Positions 1 to 14,977 of a DNA stretch of 64,000 bases are shown here, piece by piece. The notes beneath the pieces were generated by a model. It ran no database searches and had not been told where the DNA came from. It saw only the letters and a program-made list of their open reading frames with translations. Position numbers and translations under genes: made by a program. The DNA comes from the human T2T-CHM13v2.0 reference genome, Homo sapiens, in contig CP068257.2 of NCBI GenBank assembly GCA_009914755.4, positions 41,152,001 through 41,216,000 of the forward strand, in the 5' to 3' direction. Within the stretch, counting starts at the first letter, position 1, and each line of letters starts with the position of its first letter.

Positions 1-1367
1 TGTTTTAAGCCGCCTAGTTTGTGGTACTTTGTGTGGCGGCCCCAGGACACTCACCCAGGGCACCGTCTTCTGCGGTTCCACAAGGCAGACCTCAGCCATT
101 CGAAGTCTAAGTGGCTTCCTTCCAGAGGCAGCAAGAAAGACTGCCTGGACTTCAGCACTGGGAAGATACTCACCACCCTCCAGGCGTGCTGCTGAGCCTC
201 CCTTTATCAGAGAGCAGCAGCCTCTTCTACCATGGCTTTCCAATTTGTCTACGCTTCCAGGAAGTTCAAAGCCCAGTGTAAAAAACTGAAGTCAGTGAAG
301 CATTTGGGGAAGCTCCGAGGAAGCAGCATGCTCCCTGGGACGGGGCCCTGAGGCATCACGGCCTCTTGCGAAATTGTCAAATGCCACCATGTGCCAGAGG
401 CAGAGGTGGGCAGAACCAGGCTGTGGTTCATTGGGATGCTGTGGTCAAGGCCTCTGCTGGCCTGTGCTGTGCCAGCCACTGTGAGTGTGAAATGAGCAGG
501 AGAACAGATGGGTGTGCATGGTGATGGCCCCGGGAGGAGCGCCGACAGCCGCACCTCAGAACCCACTCGGCGCTGACATACGGCGGCAGCGCTCTCGGGC
601 CTGTGATGACATCATTGCACAAACATACACAATTCAATAGACAATTTACAGTCATTATTGAATCACCGGTTCCCAGTACAGTTATCTCCCCTTTATCTAT
701 AGGCTCTCTGGCCTCTCCTCCATGTTTGTGCCCCTCCCCACCCTGCAAGCAGGTGCCCTGTGTGGCTACGATAAGCTGTGGCAAATCTTCGTCTGCAGTA
801 GGTCAAGGAGCAACCGTGAAGAGAGAACGCTGCATCTGCCACTGCTACCCCAGTGGGGAGCTCCTCCAGGGACAGGACCTGGGGAATCAAAGCAAGTGAA
901 CGCCCCTTAGTGTAGGCCTCGTCCCACTGAGCCATGTCGGAGAGCATCCCGCAAGAGAAGGAGGCGGCACCTGATTGGAGGAGCAGCCGCTCTGCACAGG
1001 GGATCGTTCTCGTGCCCATCCACCGTGGGGACACACCAGCATTGGCCTGCTTCAAATGCTTCACTGACTGCAAAATATGACTCTCCTCTGGGGGTAAAAT
1101 TAGTTGTCCCACTTTTTTAAAAATATATTTTGTCATGGAAGATTTCAGGAATAACTGAATAAATGCTTCACTAATAACACAATTAAATGTTTACAGGAAA
1201 ATTGAATAATTCAAGATACAAGTGATCCCCCCAAAAAAATATATATATATACAGTTGAAATGACCTAGATTGATGGGTTTGGGTTTTGTATCTGATGCTT
1301 GTTGTTTTATTTTCTTGGAAGAGGAAAACATCATACCTGGCACAGAGATGTGTTCTGTAAATGCTTG

Positions 1368-1662
1368 TGGGGTGGGTGGGTGGATGGATGGATGGATGGA
1401 TGGATGGATGGATGGATGGATGAATGGGTGGATGGGTGGATGGACAAATGGATGGAAGGGTGGATGGATGGATGGGTGGATGGGTGGATGAATGGACAGA
1501 TGGATAAATGGGTGGAAGGATGGATGGATAAATGGATGGAAGGGCAGATGGATGGGTGGATGGGTAGATGGATGGAGGATGAATGGGTGGATGGATGGAT
1601 GAATGGATGGGTTTTTGGGTGGGCAGATGGATGTGTGGACAAATGGATGGGTGATGGATGCA
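1368..1662. repeat. (GGAT)n/(TGGA)n simple tetranucleotide repeat, ~290 bp, imperfect
   Basis: Visible run ggatggatggatgg... with GGGT/GAAT variants. It generates the stop-free artefactual ORFs 1183..1688, 1299..1679 and 1331..1663. Confidence 0.95.
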
Positions 1663-1785
1663 CATATGAATCGGAATAAGAGATACATGAAATAATGTGT
1701 GCAGGGGGCTCAGTACACAGTAGGCCTCCGCTGAATAATTGTTCAGACTATACCCGTGTTAACACGTTGTTCTCTCGCTATTTAG

Positions 1786-1899
1786 GGAATGATCACATTA
1801 ATCTTGGCCACTGACATGGCAAGACATGCAGAAATTATGGATTCTTTCAAAGAGAAAATGGAGAATTTTGACTACAGCAACGAGGAGCACATGACCCTG
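1786..1899 (+). CDS. PDE9A: PDE9A coding exon, phase 0, encoding [38 protein letters not shown]
   Basis: Acceptor ctatttag|GGAATG at 1785/1786 and donor CCCTG|gtgagt at 1899/1900. The ORF-track frame 1789..2025 matches the PDE9A catalytic-domain sequence I recall. The in-frame join to the next exon continues the protein. Confidence 0.88.
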
Positions 1900-2461
1900 G
1901 TGAGTGGCTTATTCTGCCTGGGTGGGCAGCCAGGCGGTGGGCTGGCGAAGCAGGTCATCCATCCAGCTCACACTGGAAGCCAAGAAGCTGAAATTATTAG
2001 TCTTCTTGGAACAAGGTGTCTATAAATCTGGTTTTCAAGGTCATGACTCTTACTAGGAAAGTCCGGGCAGGGCCTCCCTCCTGATGGGGACTCCTTCATG
2101 GTCAGAGGCAGCATTCTCCCATTCCTCCATCTCTTTTGGATTTGAAGGAGATAAGTGGGTGAAGGCCGTGCATCTCGCTCTGCTTTCCAGAGAATAAAAC
2201 CAGCTCTCCCATGAAGGCACAGCCCCAGCATGGCACTCTGAAAGCCCACCTATGTGGGGGCAACTCCAACACAGCTCCCGCTCCCCAGGCCAGCATCCCC
2301 CACCAGGCCCACACCGTAGCCTAGCACCCCTCCATAACCAGGACAAGGTGGCCAGAGAAGGGGTAGGGGGCCTCCCCCATGAGAAGGTGCACTTAGGTTG
2401 CCCAGCATCTGCCTTTTGGAAAGGACAGGCACTGGGCACACCAAGGCACACAAGGACCAGA

Positions 2462-2852
<391 letters not shown>

Positions 2853-4591
2853 TTATCTGTTTAAAATCAATAGCATCACTTTCCACCTCCAGAGAGGTTG
2901 AAAGATAGGGAACTCTCGGCTCAGGCTGACCTTCTAACCATCCAGTCCCAGTAGGTAGAGTCATTAGGACTCATCGCTCTCTGGAGCTGAGGTGCAGTTA
3001 ATTCCCAAAGACTGTGCGAGAGGATGGGAGCTCCCGCAGGCAAGGGCTGGACAGCAGGCAAACCTCCCCAGGCCAGGGCCACCAGAAGCCCCTTCCCTAA
3101 GAGGGAAATAGTCACATAGAGCGGCTTCCTGGCAAGCAAGTTTCTTGCTCCTGAAAAACCAAGGGAAGGAGGGAGGCGCCGCCTTGTCCTCTAAGATATG
3201 AGGAAGGCAGAGATGGACCTGCAGTCAGGGGTGACCCAGGCCCCGCCGATGCCTTCCTCCTCTGAGGTGGGAGGAGAGGTCAGGGAAGAGACGGGGAGGG
3301 GCAGGATGCCAGAGGATCGGGTGCCAGGTGGTCAGGACAAGTGAACCCAGCTGAAGGTCCCCACTCCCACCCCACCCCCAGCCTTACACACTGCAGCTGT
3401 GCAGACCAGAGGCAAAGCGAGGCTCAGAGCCCAGGGTTCCGTTTATCCCAACGACCGGCACCGTGGGGTCAGATGACAAGCAGCACGGCCAGGCATCGTC
3501 TCACTGCTACGGAGCCCCAGACGGGGCTTTATGAACACGGGTGGAGGACAGAGGTTGGGGTAAGGTCTCGGGGGAAAGGTTCTGATTCAAAATGGGCCCC
3601 GATAGGGAGGCCTCTGAGGATAGTGCGGGCCGGCGTGGGAGGTGTGAGGTGCAGGGAGTGTGGCCGGCAGGGCCTGGGACCTTGACCTTCCCCAGAGACA
3701 CTGCTGCCCTGGCCCTGCCCTAGGTCTGGTGTCGGGACAGCTCCACTGAGGCCGGCCAGGCACAGGCTAGTCATTGCCTCTGGTCTGGAGCCGGACTCCA
3801 CAGAGGAGTCAAAGAAAGGCCTGAATGGCTTCCTGGGAACTGATAGGGCAGGGAAAGGAAGGGCGACCACAGCAGGATCCCTTCGAGGTCCTGCCGAGGT
3901 TGGAAGGCAGGATCCACCAAGCATCATGCAGACTCCGAGCTGAACTGAGCTGCTCCTCACCTAGTCACGTTCCCCAAACCAGCAGGTGCAGCCCGCAGCC
4001 CGGGGGCATGTGCCTCAGCTGGGCTTTCCTGTCTAATCCGCTTCAGAGCCTGGATGGCAACCAACACTTTGGTCTGGAAACCTGGTGATTCCAGACACTC
4101 ATTTGTGCCCGGTGCAGGCAGGGCCACGGGACGCCAGCCCTCCACCTCTTGTCCTATGGCGACATCCGGGCTAGTTTGGGTGGAAGCTGCTGCATTCCTG
4201 GGCCTGCCCTATCTCCTCCTGAAGCTCCTATGGCATGCCCAACCCTGGCCAAGCTGAGACAGAGCTACCTGTCCCCTGGGAAGATGAGCAATGCACCCAC
4301 CTAGGGAACAGCAGAAAATAGGGGGTGACCAGGCACAGGGCAGTGCTTCAGGGGATATCACCTGGGCTGGGGTGGCCAGAAAGGCTGGAAGGAGGGGACC
4401 CAAACAAGACCTTGAAGGTTCATTCTCCATTGAGAAGGGAGCCTGTCCTCCCTGAAGGCAGCCAAGCTCAGTTGCATGGTCCAGCAGGTCCTCCGTCTCT
4501 TCCTGCCTGTAATGGCAAGTCCAGACCCGAGCAGCAGCAGCAGGCCGTGTTCTACCTCCTGTTACCTCAATTCCAAAATCTCTTCTTTCAG

Positions 4592-4696
4592 CTGAAGATG
4601 ATTTTGATAAAATGCTGTGATATCTCTAACGAGGTCCGTCCAATGGAAGTCGCAGAGCCTTGGGTGGACTGTTTATTAGAGGAATATTTTATGCAG
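4592..4696 (+). CDS. PDE9A: PDE9A coding exon of 35 codons, [35 protein letters not shown]
   Basis: Acceptor tcttctttcag|CTGAAGATG and donor ATGCAG|gtaaga. The translation is contiguous with the flanking exons and matches PDE9A. Confidence 0.88.
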
Positions 4697-5430
4697 GTAA
4701 GAGTCTTGCAGAGCAATCAAGCCTCCAGCCACTCTTATTAGCCCCACTTAGTAAGGGTTTGCGTTAAACGAGCACGCCAGGGTGGTCCCGCATATTCACC
4801 GGGCTGCCGACAGTTCAGCCTCCAGAAAGCCTTCAGGGTAAGCGTACATCAGAAACAAAATAGGTTATAATTTGAGACCTGAAAGACAGTAACAATCCAG
4901 AAAAGCTAATACTCTAAAACTGTCACCTGTCACTGCTAATTGAGCCATTATTACAAGCAGCCTTGTCAAACAAATTGCCTGAAAGTCAAGAAGCAAGGAC
5001 TGCAGAAGCAGGAGGGGGCCCAGGAGGGCCGAGACCCAGCAGGTCAGCTCACACAGATGGCCACGGGGAAGGTCGGGGACATAGAAAACCAAGCCAGCTG
5101 AAAACAACCACCAAATATTAATACAACAGCTTGATGAACCCTAGGAGAAGTCGGGAGGCTTTCTGCAGGACGCTGCTGCCGTCCTGGGATACATCCATCC
5201 AACTCACCTCTGCCTATCTCTCAGGTCGGTCTTCCCAGCTAGACCTGCATGCCCAGCTCTGTTTAGCACTGAAGATAGGGTCACCTTCTCCTTGTTCTTA
5301 CTGAGACACATTTGTGGTGTGGTTTGGTTGGTTGGTGGTTAACTGGCGCATCTTGTCTTTCTCTGAGAACAGCGATCTGGTTATGGGGCATTTCTGTCTC
5401 TAATGTCACTGTCTGCTGCATTCCCTGCAG

Positions 5431-5559
5431 AGCGACCGTGAGAAGTCAGAAGGCCTTCCCGTGGCCCCGTTCATGGACCGAGACAAAGTGACCAAGGCCA
5501 CAGCCCAGATTGGGTTCATCAAGTTTGTCCTGATCCCAATGTTTGAAACAGTGACCAAG
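5431..5559 (+). CDS. PDE9A: PDE9A coding exon of 43 codons, [43 protein letters not shown]. It contains the conserved glutamine and phenylalanine of the nucleotide-recognition pocket (AQIGF).
   Basis: Acceptor ttccctgcag|AGCGACCG and donor ACCAAG|gtgagt. The long ORF 5461..6321 reaches downstream only because the intron begins with a stop-free CA-rich repeat. Confidence 0.88.
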
Positions 5560-5574
5560 GTGAGTAACTGTCAC

Positions 5575-6295
5575 CACATGTCACACTTGCTTACACTCAG
5601 ATACATGCATGCACACACAGGCACACACACATATACACATATGCACACAGGTACACACAGACACACACTCATGCACACACATACACAGATACACACAGAC
5701 GCACATACAGGCACATACACATATACACACACGCACACAGCTACACACAGGCACACACACAGGCACACACTTGTGCACACAGGTACACAGGCACACAAAT
5801 GCACACACAGGGCACACAGGCACACACTCGTGCACACACATGTACACAGGCACACACAGGCACACAAATGTGCATGCAGGTACACATGCACACAAGGCAC
5901 ACAGGCACACACAGGCACACAAATGCACACACAGGCACACACACACATGCACACAGGTACACACAGGCACACAAATGCACATGCAGGTACACATGCACAC
6001 ACAGGCACACACAGGGACACACAGGCACACATAGGCACACAAATGCACACACAGGCACACACACATGCACACCGGTACACACAGGCACACACTCGTGCAC
6101 ACGTACACAGGCATACAAATGCACACGCAGGCACACACAGGTACGTAGGCACACACAAGCACATACACATATACACACATGCACACAGGTACACGCAGGC
6201 ACACACGTACAGAGGCACACACATGCACACACAGGTATGCACATGCACGCCCACAGGTACACACAGGCACACCTGCACACCTGCACATCCTGAGC
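5575..6295. repeat. Long imperfect CA-rich repeat (cacacaggcacacacatgcacac...), ~720 bp, inside a PDE9A intron
   Basis: It directly abuts the exon donor at 5560. It is stop-free in several frames on both strands, which produces the 269-286 aa artefactual ORFs. Confidence 0.95.
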
Positions 6296-7181
6296 AGCCT
6301 CTTCCCCGGCTGTCGTCGTGACCGCTGTCCCTGTTCCATCCAGAGCCTGCTACCCACAGCCTGGCCCGTGACCCCAGCATCTCCCACTCTGTGCTGCACT
6401 CCCTGCCTTGCCTTGCTGGGCCCTGGGGGGCCCCTCACTGCCCTCGCCCATCGCTGCCGGCCTTCAGGACCCTGGAGGCAGCACTGGCTGTGGACTCTCC
6501 TGTCCCCACTCTGCGTCCCAGTTCCTCACCTGTGGAGGAACCCCTGAGCTCTGTGCCCTCGAGCTGTGAAGCCCCTGTCCAGCTCCCAGTCTCACCGCAC
6601 CCAGCCACCGAGACCTTGCTCCTTGCACACAGCTCGTTCCTGCCCAGCTCCCCCCAGGGCCTCTGAGCTGCCTGTGGCCCCCTGCCAAGGCCCCCACCTC
6701 AAGGCACCCCCAGCATGTCCAAAACAGGCCCATCTCTTGTTCCCCCCGGGGATCTGGGCTCACAGCCTCACACCCTCCGACCTTCCTGGGCTCCTACGCT
6801 GCGCATCCTTCTGCTCTAGGGCATCTCTTGGAGCCACCCCACCCACTTCCCACTCCCAGGACCCTCAGCCGGGAGGCTGTCAGCTCCTTTCCCCTGCCCC
6901 GTGTCTTTGTAAGAACCTCCCAACCTGTCCCCCACCCTCATCTCACGGGCACGGGGGACACAGGAGGCAGGAAGGGGACTTTCTGTAGGACCTCATGGAG
7001 GGTGATGAGGGCCAGAGACAGAGCCGCAGTGGGTGGAGGCAGCAGAGCCGGCACGAGGGTGTCCAGGAGCTGGGACTGGCCCAGAGGTTTCCGCATGGAG
7101 CACCTGACACCTGTTTTTCTCCGACGTTTCCCATTGCCTTAAGAACGAGGGACTCTGAATAAATCCGTGTGTCTCTCCCAG

Positions 7182-7277
7182 CTCTTCCCCATGGTTGAGG
7201 AGATCATGCTGCAGCCACTTTGGGAATCCCGAGATCGCTACGAGGAGCTGAAGCGGATAGATGACGCCATGAAAGAG
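7182..7277 (+). CDS. PDE9A: PDE9A coding exon of 32 codons, [32 protein letters not shown]
   Basis: Acceptor gtctctcccag|CTCTTCCCC and donor AAAGAG|gtaaaa. The frame matches ORF 7167..7382. Confidence 0.88.
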
Positions 7278-8917
7278 GTAAAACACACTGAGAAGAGCCT
7301 GCCTTCCTTGCGGCAAGCAGGCACGCTGCCCTCCGCACTCCCGACTCCAGAAGCTTGGACGTGCCAAGCAGGGCACCACTGAAGGCCCCGTGGACAGGCA
7401 CACGTGTACCTTCCATCAGAAAGCCTGGCTCAGTAAAATTAGGGAATGCGATGAGGGAAACCAAAACTGCATTCGCCAAGAACACGTCAGGTCTCAGTAG
7501 CTTCGAGGGAGTTTACTGGCCGTGCCCTTCACAAGAATCACAACTGTCACCCACACCTGTGGACACCCAGGTGTCTTTGGGTGTATCAGCCGCCGTTAGA
7601 GCATCTGGGACCCCTCAGAGTACAGTGCCTGGCCTGGCCCCAGGGCTGACTTGTTCAGAGGAGGCCATGGGGTAGAAAGGGGCCCTCCCCTGGCACGGGA
7701 ACAAAGCGACCACCCACCTGCCAGCTCCCGGGCCCAGAACACACACCGGCACCTCTCAGGGGCCAGGGAGCCTGGGGCTGGCTTTAGGTTGCTGCTGGAC
7801 AGATATCATTTTGGAGGAAGGGGTCCAGGTCACAGCCTCAGGGCCCACGCAGTCTGTCTACGGATTCCCCCCGGCTGTCTGCTGTCCTGCTGCCCATGGT
7901 GTGGCCTCTGCCCCTCCCAGCCTCCTGCCTCCTCCCTCCAGCGCCCCCAGGCAGCTAGAACAGTCTTACTACTCCTGCAGGGTTTGACCCCTCCTGGCCT
8001 TGGCCGGTGTTGCCTCTGCCACCCCCGCTCCCCACAGTGCCACTGAAGCACCCTCCAAGGCCCGTCAGTCAGGGCTCCCCTAGTTACTGTGCCCACCACC
8101 CCGTCTTTTCTGCCTGGGCGCTCCTGAAGCCCATGTGGCCCACAATGCCCTTTTGAGCACTGAGCCATTTTCCAGGCGTAGCCTTGGGTTGGTCTCATCT
8201 CCCTCGACTGACGGCCCCGTGCTCCCCATGCCCACACCCGCCTGGAGCGCCATGCCAGGCACATGGTAGGCGCTCAGCAATTGCTTAGGAGTCCACTGAA
8301 AATCCAGACCAGCTGCCCTGACTTCTCCAGTTGATGTCTCCTACTGGAAAGTCACAGAAAGGTCTCTAAACCTCTGGAAGGCTGAGAGCACTTATGCAGA
8401 GGGACAGATGTAGCAAGAAGGCTTCCCCCACTCCACAACCCCGCAAGAGAGCTGAAGGGGCTTCTGCCTCTCTCGTGGGCCCTCCGAGAGCCATAGCCCT
8501 GATGGCCTTGAGTCTCTAGTCCTGAGCCCTGCTGCCCAGTAGGGGATAGTAGGGTTCCTTAAGGCCTCTGCCTTCCCCCCTGTCAGCCCCCACAAAAAGG
8601 AGAGACACGCCAAAGAGGTGAAAAGGCCAAGCCCAAGCCGCAGGCTCTGCACACACCACCAGTCCCCGCGGCTGTGGTGGCTGCAGCTGGGTGAGCTCAC
8701 TGTCCAGGCCCCAGATGAGGCACCAAGGGTAGCGGGACAGGGTATGCAGAGCTGCCTCTGAAAAGCCCATGTCAGGAGTGCTTGGGCTCAGAGGGGCTGG
8801 GGACCACAGGCTTTCACGTTGCAGCACCTCCAGGCAACAGAAGCTGCTGGGAGAGAGGCAGACACTCCCCTGCTGTCTCCTGCTCCCTGACTTGGCCTTC
8901 TCTGTACTCTGTTCCAG

Positions 8918-8999
8918 TTACAGAAGAAGACTGACAGCTTGACGTCTGGGGCCACCGAGAAGTCCAGAGAGAGAAGCAGAGATGTGAAAAACAGTGAAG
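8918..8999 (+). CDS. PDE9A: PDE9A penultimate coding exon of 27 codons plus 1 nt, LQKKTDSLTSGATEKSRERSRDVKNSE+G(1/3)
   Basis: Acceptor ctctgttccag|TTACAGAAG and donor GTGAAG|gtaatg. It ends in phase 1 and needs a downstream exon starting with 2 nt of a Gly codon, which is found at 11759. Confidence 0.85.
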
Positions 9000-9116
9000 G
9001 TAATGCTTGCTCTGCTGAAGTGGCATCTCAGCGCATACAATGATTCTGACAAAGGACAGAAGGAAAGAGGAAGGGGAGAAAATCTGAATTTTGGAATACC
9101 TTTAAATGAATGGAAC

Positions 9117-9410
<294 letters not shown>

Positions 9411-9462
9411 AAATGAATGGAAATTTTATTTCTTGCAACTAATCATTAGAATTAGGCTCTTA

Positions 9463-9758
<296 letters not shown>

Positions 9759-10004
9759 GTGAGGCTCTTAAAGAAGGGGAACATGCTTTAGTTAATAGAA
9801 AAACATCAATAATTAGCATATGTATCACTTATAAGAGTAAGTACTTTTTAAAAGTGCAATTGAAGTACTGAAAACTTTTCACAAATCACGTGTTTGCTTT
9901 ATATGGCTTTGAGCATTTTCCTCTGTACTTGTTGATACTAGTCATTCAGCTCACGGGGAATGCAGAGCAGCCGTTTGTTCACCTCATAATAAGGTCACAC
10001 TAAT

Positions 10005-10655
<651 letters not shown>

Positions 10656-11062
10656 CCATGTCTAACAGATAATTCAAGAGATAGTGCATCAAGCATGCAA
10701 GGCTCAGGGCAGGACAAACGGGACATGGCTCATAAGAGGAGCTGCAACAGGCTTTGGCATCCAACACACCTGGTTTTGAGTCCAGGCTTGCCAATTACAA
10801 GCCGAGAGATGTGCACAAGTGTCCCAGCCTCTCTGAACCTCAGAGCCCCAGTCTCTAAGCCAGAGGCAATAATACCATTGTTACTGCTGTTTTAGTGATT
10901 AAACAGTCAAAGTGCTTGTCTGGTCCCGATGAAGTGCTCAGTCAATGTTGCCATTTAATTTTTAAGTCAGTTCATATTTTTCAGTGGGTCAGAAAAGAGA
11001 TCAATATTGTTTTACTTTGTCTAAATGTGTTCAGCAATATATCTGATGGCCTCTTTCTTTTA

Positions 11063-11714
<652 letters not shown>

Positions 11715-11758
11715 TAATTCTAACAAAAACAAATCAGTCATCGTTTCCCTTCTTCCAG

Positions 11759-11772
11759 GAGACTGTGCCTGA
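11759..11772 (+). CDS. PDE9A: PDE9A terminal coding segment (g)GA GAC TGT GCC TGA = G-D-C-A-stop
   Basis: Acceptor tcttccag|GAGACTGTGCCTGA. It completes the split Gly codon from 8999 and gives the C-terminus ...NSEGDCA*, which matches the PDE9A protein end I recall. Confidence 0.8.
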
Positions 11773-11925
11773 GGAAAGCGGGGGGCGTGGCTGCAGTTCT
11801 GGACGGGCTGGCCGAGCTGCGCGGGATCCTTGTGCAGGGAAGAGCTGCCCTGGGCACCTGGCACCACAAGACCATGTTTTCTAAGAACCATTTTGTTCAC
11901 TGATACAAAAAAAAAAAAAGGAATT
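11773..11925 (+). other. PDE9A: PDE9A 3' UTR (approximate extent; polyadenylation site not pinned)
   Basis: This is the sequence after the stop codon within the terminal exon. It is GC/CpG-rich and then A-rich, with a genomic A13 run at about 11908-11920. No canonical AATAAA lies upstream of that run, so the true cleavage site is uncertain. Confidence 0.45.
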
Positions 11926-13291
11926 CATGATGCTGTACAGAATTTTATTTTTAAACTGTCTTTTAAATAATATATTCTTATACGGAAATGGGTACTGTAC
12001 TTCTTCTTTGGTAGAGTTGTGTATGCTGCTTCCGGTAAGTTCTCTCATGGAGACGAAGGACACTGTGCTTTTCCCCCAGATGTATCTTAGAGCAATTGAC
12101 CAGTGTGATGCGGTGCGTACGTCCCTGTAAATTCAGCATTAAATGTCAGCACGGTGCCCTGAGTGCAAGGACATGCACGGGTCCTGTGTTTCTGAGCAGA
12201 GGGGGACGTCAGTGCCGTGTGTGGGACATCTGGGGACTGAGGCAGGTTGGCCAGACTGTAGGTCGTGTGTCGGAGCAAACGCACCCATGACCATGGGGAC
12301 AACACACACTGGGTGCTCATGTGGAGGAAGGCTGGTGACTTCACACTTAAATCCTCAGATAAGGAAAAGAGACACATGTATTCAGCACGTCTGAGGGTCT
12401 CTATCTCGGGAGGAGAGACGGCCCTCCCTTCCTGCCTTTGTTTTGGTAACAAGCACAGGGGACATTCTGGGTGGCACTGTGTCCACACAGGGGACCCAGC
12501 CCCCGGCTTGTTCATGGTCAGGCTCTTGTTGCTGGGACAGTCGCACCCCTGAGCTCTCACTGAGACCGCCCGCATGCGGTGGACTCCTGGAGACCCAATT
12601 TATAAAAAGCAAGGAAAAGGCTGCTGGCTGTGTCCCCTGGGCTGTGGGCTCCATCTCCCCTGCGCTCTAGAGACAGAACCACCTCCCGAAGCGCTTCACC
12701 CTACAGAGCTCACCTTTAAAGCCACTGGCGTGGTCTGAGCTTAGTAAACATTTCATTTCTGTGTTGGGTCACTTTCCTTGGGGCATTTGTTTCCTTTTGG
12801 TGAATTCCAGAATATTACTTCCCACCTTCAAATAATTCATTTTTTACCTGTAAAATTTTCCATCTCGAATCCAGCCGAATACAGATAAGGGACCTTGATT
12901 TCTACACCCCTTCTTGTTTCTGCTTTTGTTTTTCATTTGAATCCTATTAAAGCCAATAGATATGGCAACGTTGGCAAAAATAGAAGCAAAACGTAGGCGT
13001 GCGGATATTGATGCCCTCCACCTTCCTGCCAGCCTCTATGGGGGATGATTACCTGCTCTCCTCATCTGTAACAAGGCTCTTTCAACAGCACCTTCATCTG
13101 CTACATTACTTGGAATGCACATCTCACTAAACGGTGCCCCTCATCAAACTCCATACAACACTTCCTTGAATTTTACTATCATAAACAGAAACAATCACAT
13201 GCACACACATGGACATGTATACACTCCTACACATCAGCACACTTCCTCTGGTTCTAGGCTATACTGCATCCTGAAACAATTAAATGACTGA

Positions 13292-13602
<311 letters not shown>

Positions 13603-14977
13603 TGACGGCATCTACTGTTAGTCCTGGTTGGTGTGCAGCCAGCCTGGTCTCCATGCACGGGACCCCCAGAAAGCCCACCAACCCACCCTCCTGTCACACA
13701 GAGCAGTCCCTGAGGCCCCACGGTTGGAGGCCACGTCCACCCTGGTCAGCCTGCACACCCAGAGCCTGCCCGCACCAGGAGGCAGCCACACGGATGAGCT
13801 GAATCATGGGCTGCATGTGGCAGTGGAGGCTCAGGACAAGACAGATGTGCCTACGGCCCCGGAGAGCTCTGGGTCCAGCAGCAGAGGCGTTCCCCCAGGC
13901 CTGGGGGCATGCCCAGCATAGGGAGTGAGTGTGCAGACACAGGGTCCCACCCCCATGAGCACAACCCACTGAACAAGACGCCCCTCTGGGGTGAGCGGCA
14001 CCATCTCCACCTAGGATGATGTGTTTCCAAGTGAACTCTCACCCGACAATCAGTATTAAGTCAGCATGAAGGGTAAAGATGTTTACAGCTGAGCCACATG
14101 CACGTCAGGAGACAGGAGCAGCAATGCCTGGGGCTTTCCACGGTGAGCTCCCAGCACACAGCAAGCATGTCGCCAGAAAGAACAGAAAGTTCACAAAGGG
14201 AGGGCCAGCCTGTGCACAGCCTAGCACCGTCCTGGGAGGCCATCATCACCTGTGCTCCTCTGAGAGGACAGGAAGATGCTGTTTTCCACTTTTTTCTCCC
14301 CAAGACCGTTTATTAGCAATTGAAGGAACAACGCATGTATCAAAGACTGGATTTGAGAAATTCCAACAAATCTGCCCCCTCGCAGTTGGGAGCTGGCATC
14401 GTGCAATCTTCGGAATGCAGCCTCTGGCTCTCCCATCAAAAGGCAATGCAGCCCCCTGTGATTTCAGCTTTGACCTTGTGGGTAATAAAAGAAGGAAAGA
14501 GGAATGTCTGCTACTGGAATCCTGGATGGGGTCCCCGCGGCCGAATCCCCCCTCCCGTCCCCTCCTGTGTCACCTGTCATGTCTCAGACTTTGACCGCCT
14601 CCCGCAGCTTCCTTTTATTCGTAATGTCTAAAGCCAACCCAAGCGTCTTTGCCGGCTGACGTCTTAGCCAAATCATGTGGGAAACCCGTGAAGCAGAACT
14701 GACCGCTGTGAGGGCTGGGAGTACACTGGGCATCTGAAATACTTCAGCCCAGGAAAACGTCCATCAGTGGACACCGTCGGTTCCCAGGTGGCCTCTGGAA
14801 CAGGAAAGCAGTCACCCCCTCGTCCGATCCCACAGGAAACCTCATTCCACTCTAGTGGCAGTGGCTGGGGCTAGATCCCCCTGAGCCAGGAGACGACGGG
14901 CAGTGCCCGGACAAGGCTGTACTCTGCCCACAGCTCCTCCACTGTGGCTATGAGGGAGGTTTAAAAATCTCAGTCCA

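Noticed and set aside
1183-1688. 160-165 aa ORFs with PSIH/WMDG periodicity
   Set aside because: They are translations of the (GGAT)n tetranucleotide repeat in different frames and strands.
5461-6438. Very long ORFs on both strands (269-286 aa: 5461..6321 +, 5571..6380 -, 5581..6438 -), rich in H/T/C/V
   Set aside because: They are read through a stop-free CA-rich simple repeat. Only the first 99 nt of 5461..6321 (to 5559) is real PDE9A exon; the rest is intron.
11905-11922. An A13 run shortly after the PDE9A stop codon, as a possible poly-A site
   Set aside because: It is genomically encoded, and no canonical AATAAA or ATTAAA lies 10-30 nt upstream. It may be an internal-priming hotspot. 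The true 3' end cannot be fixed from sequence alone.
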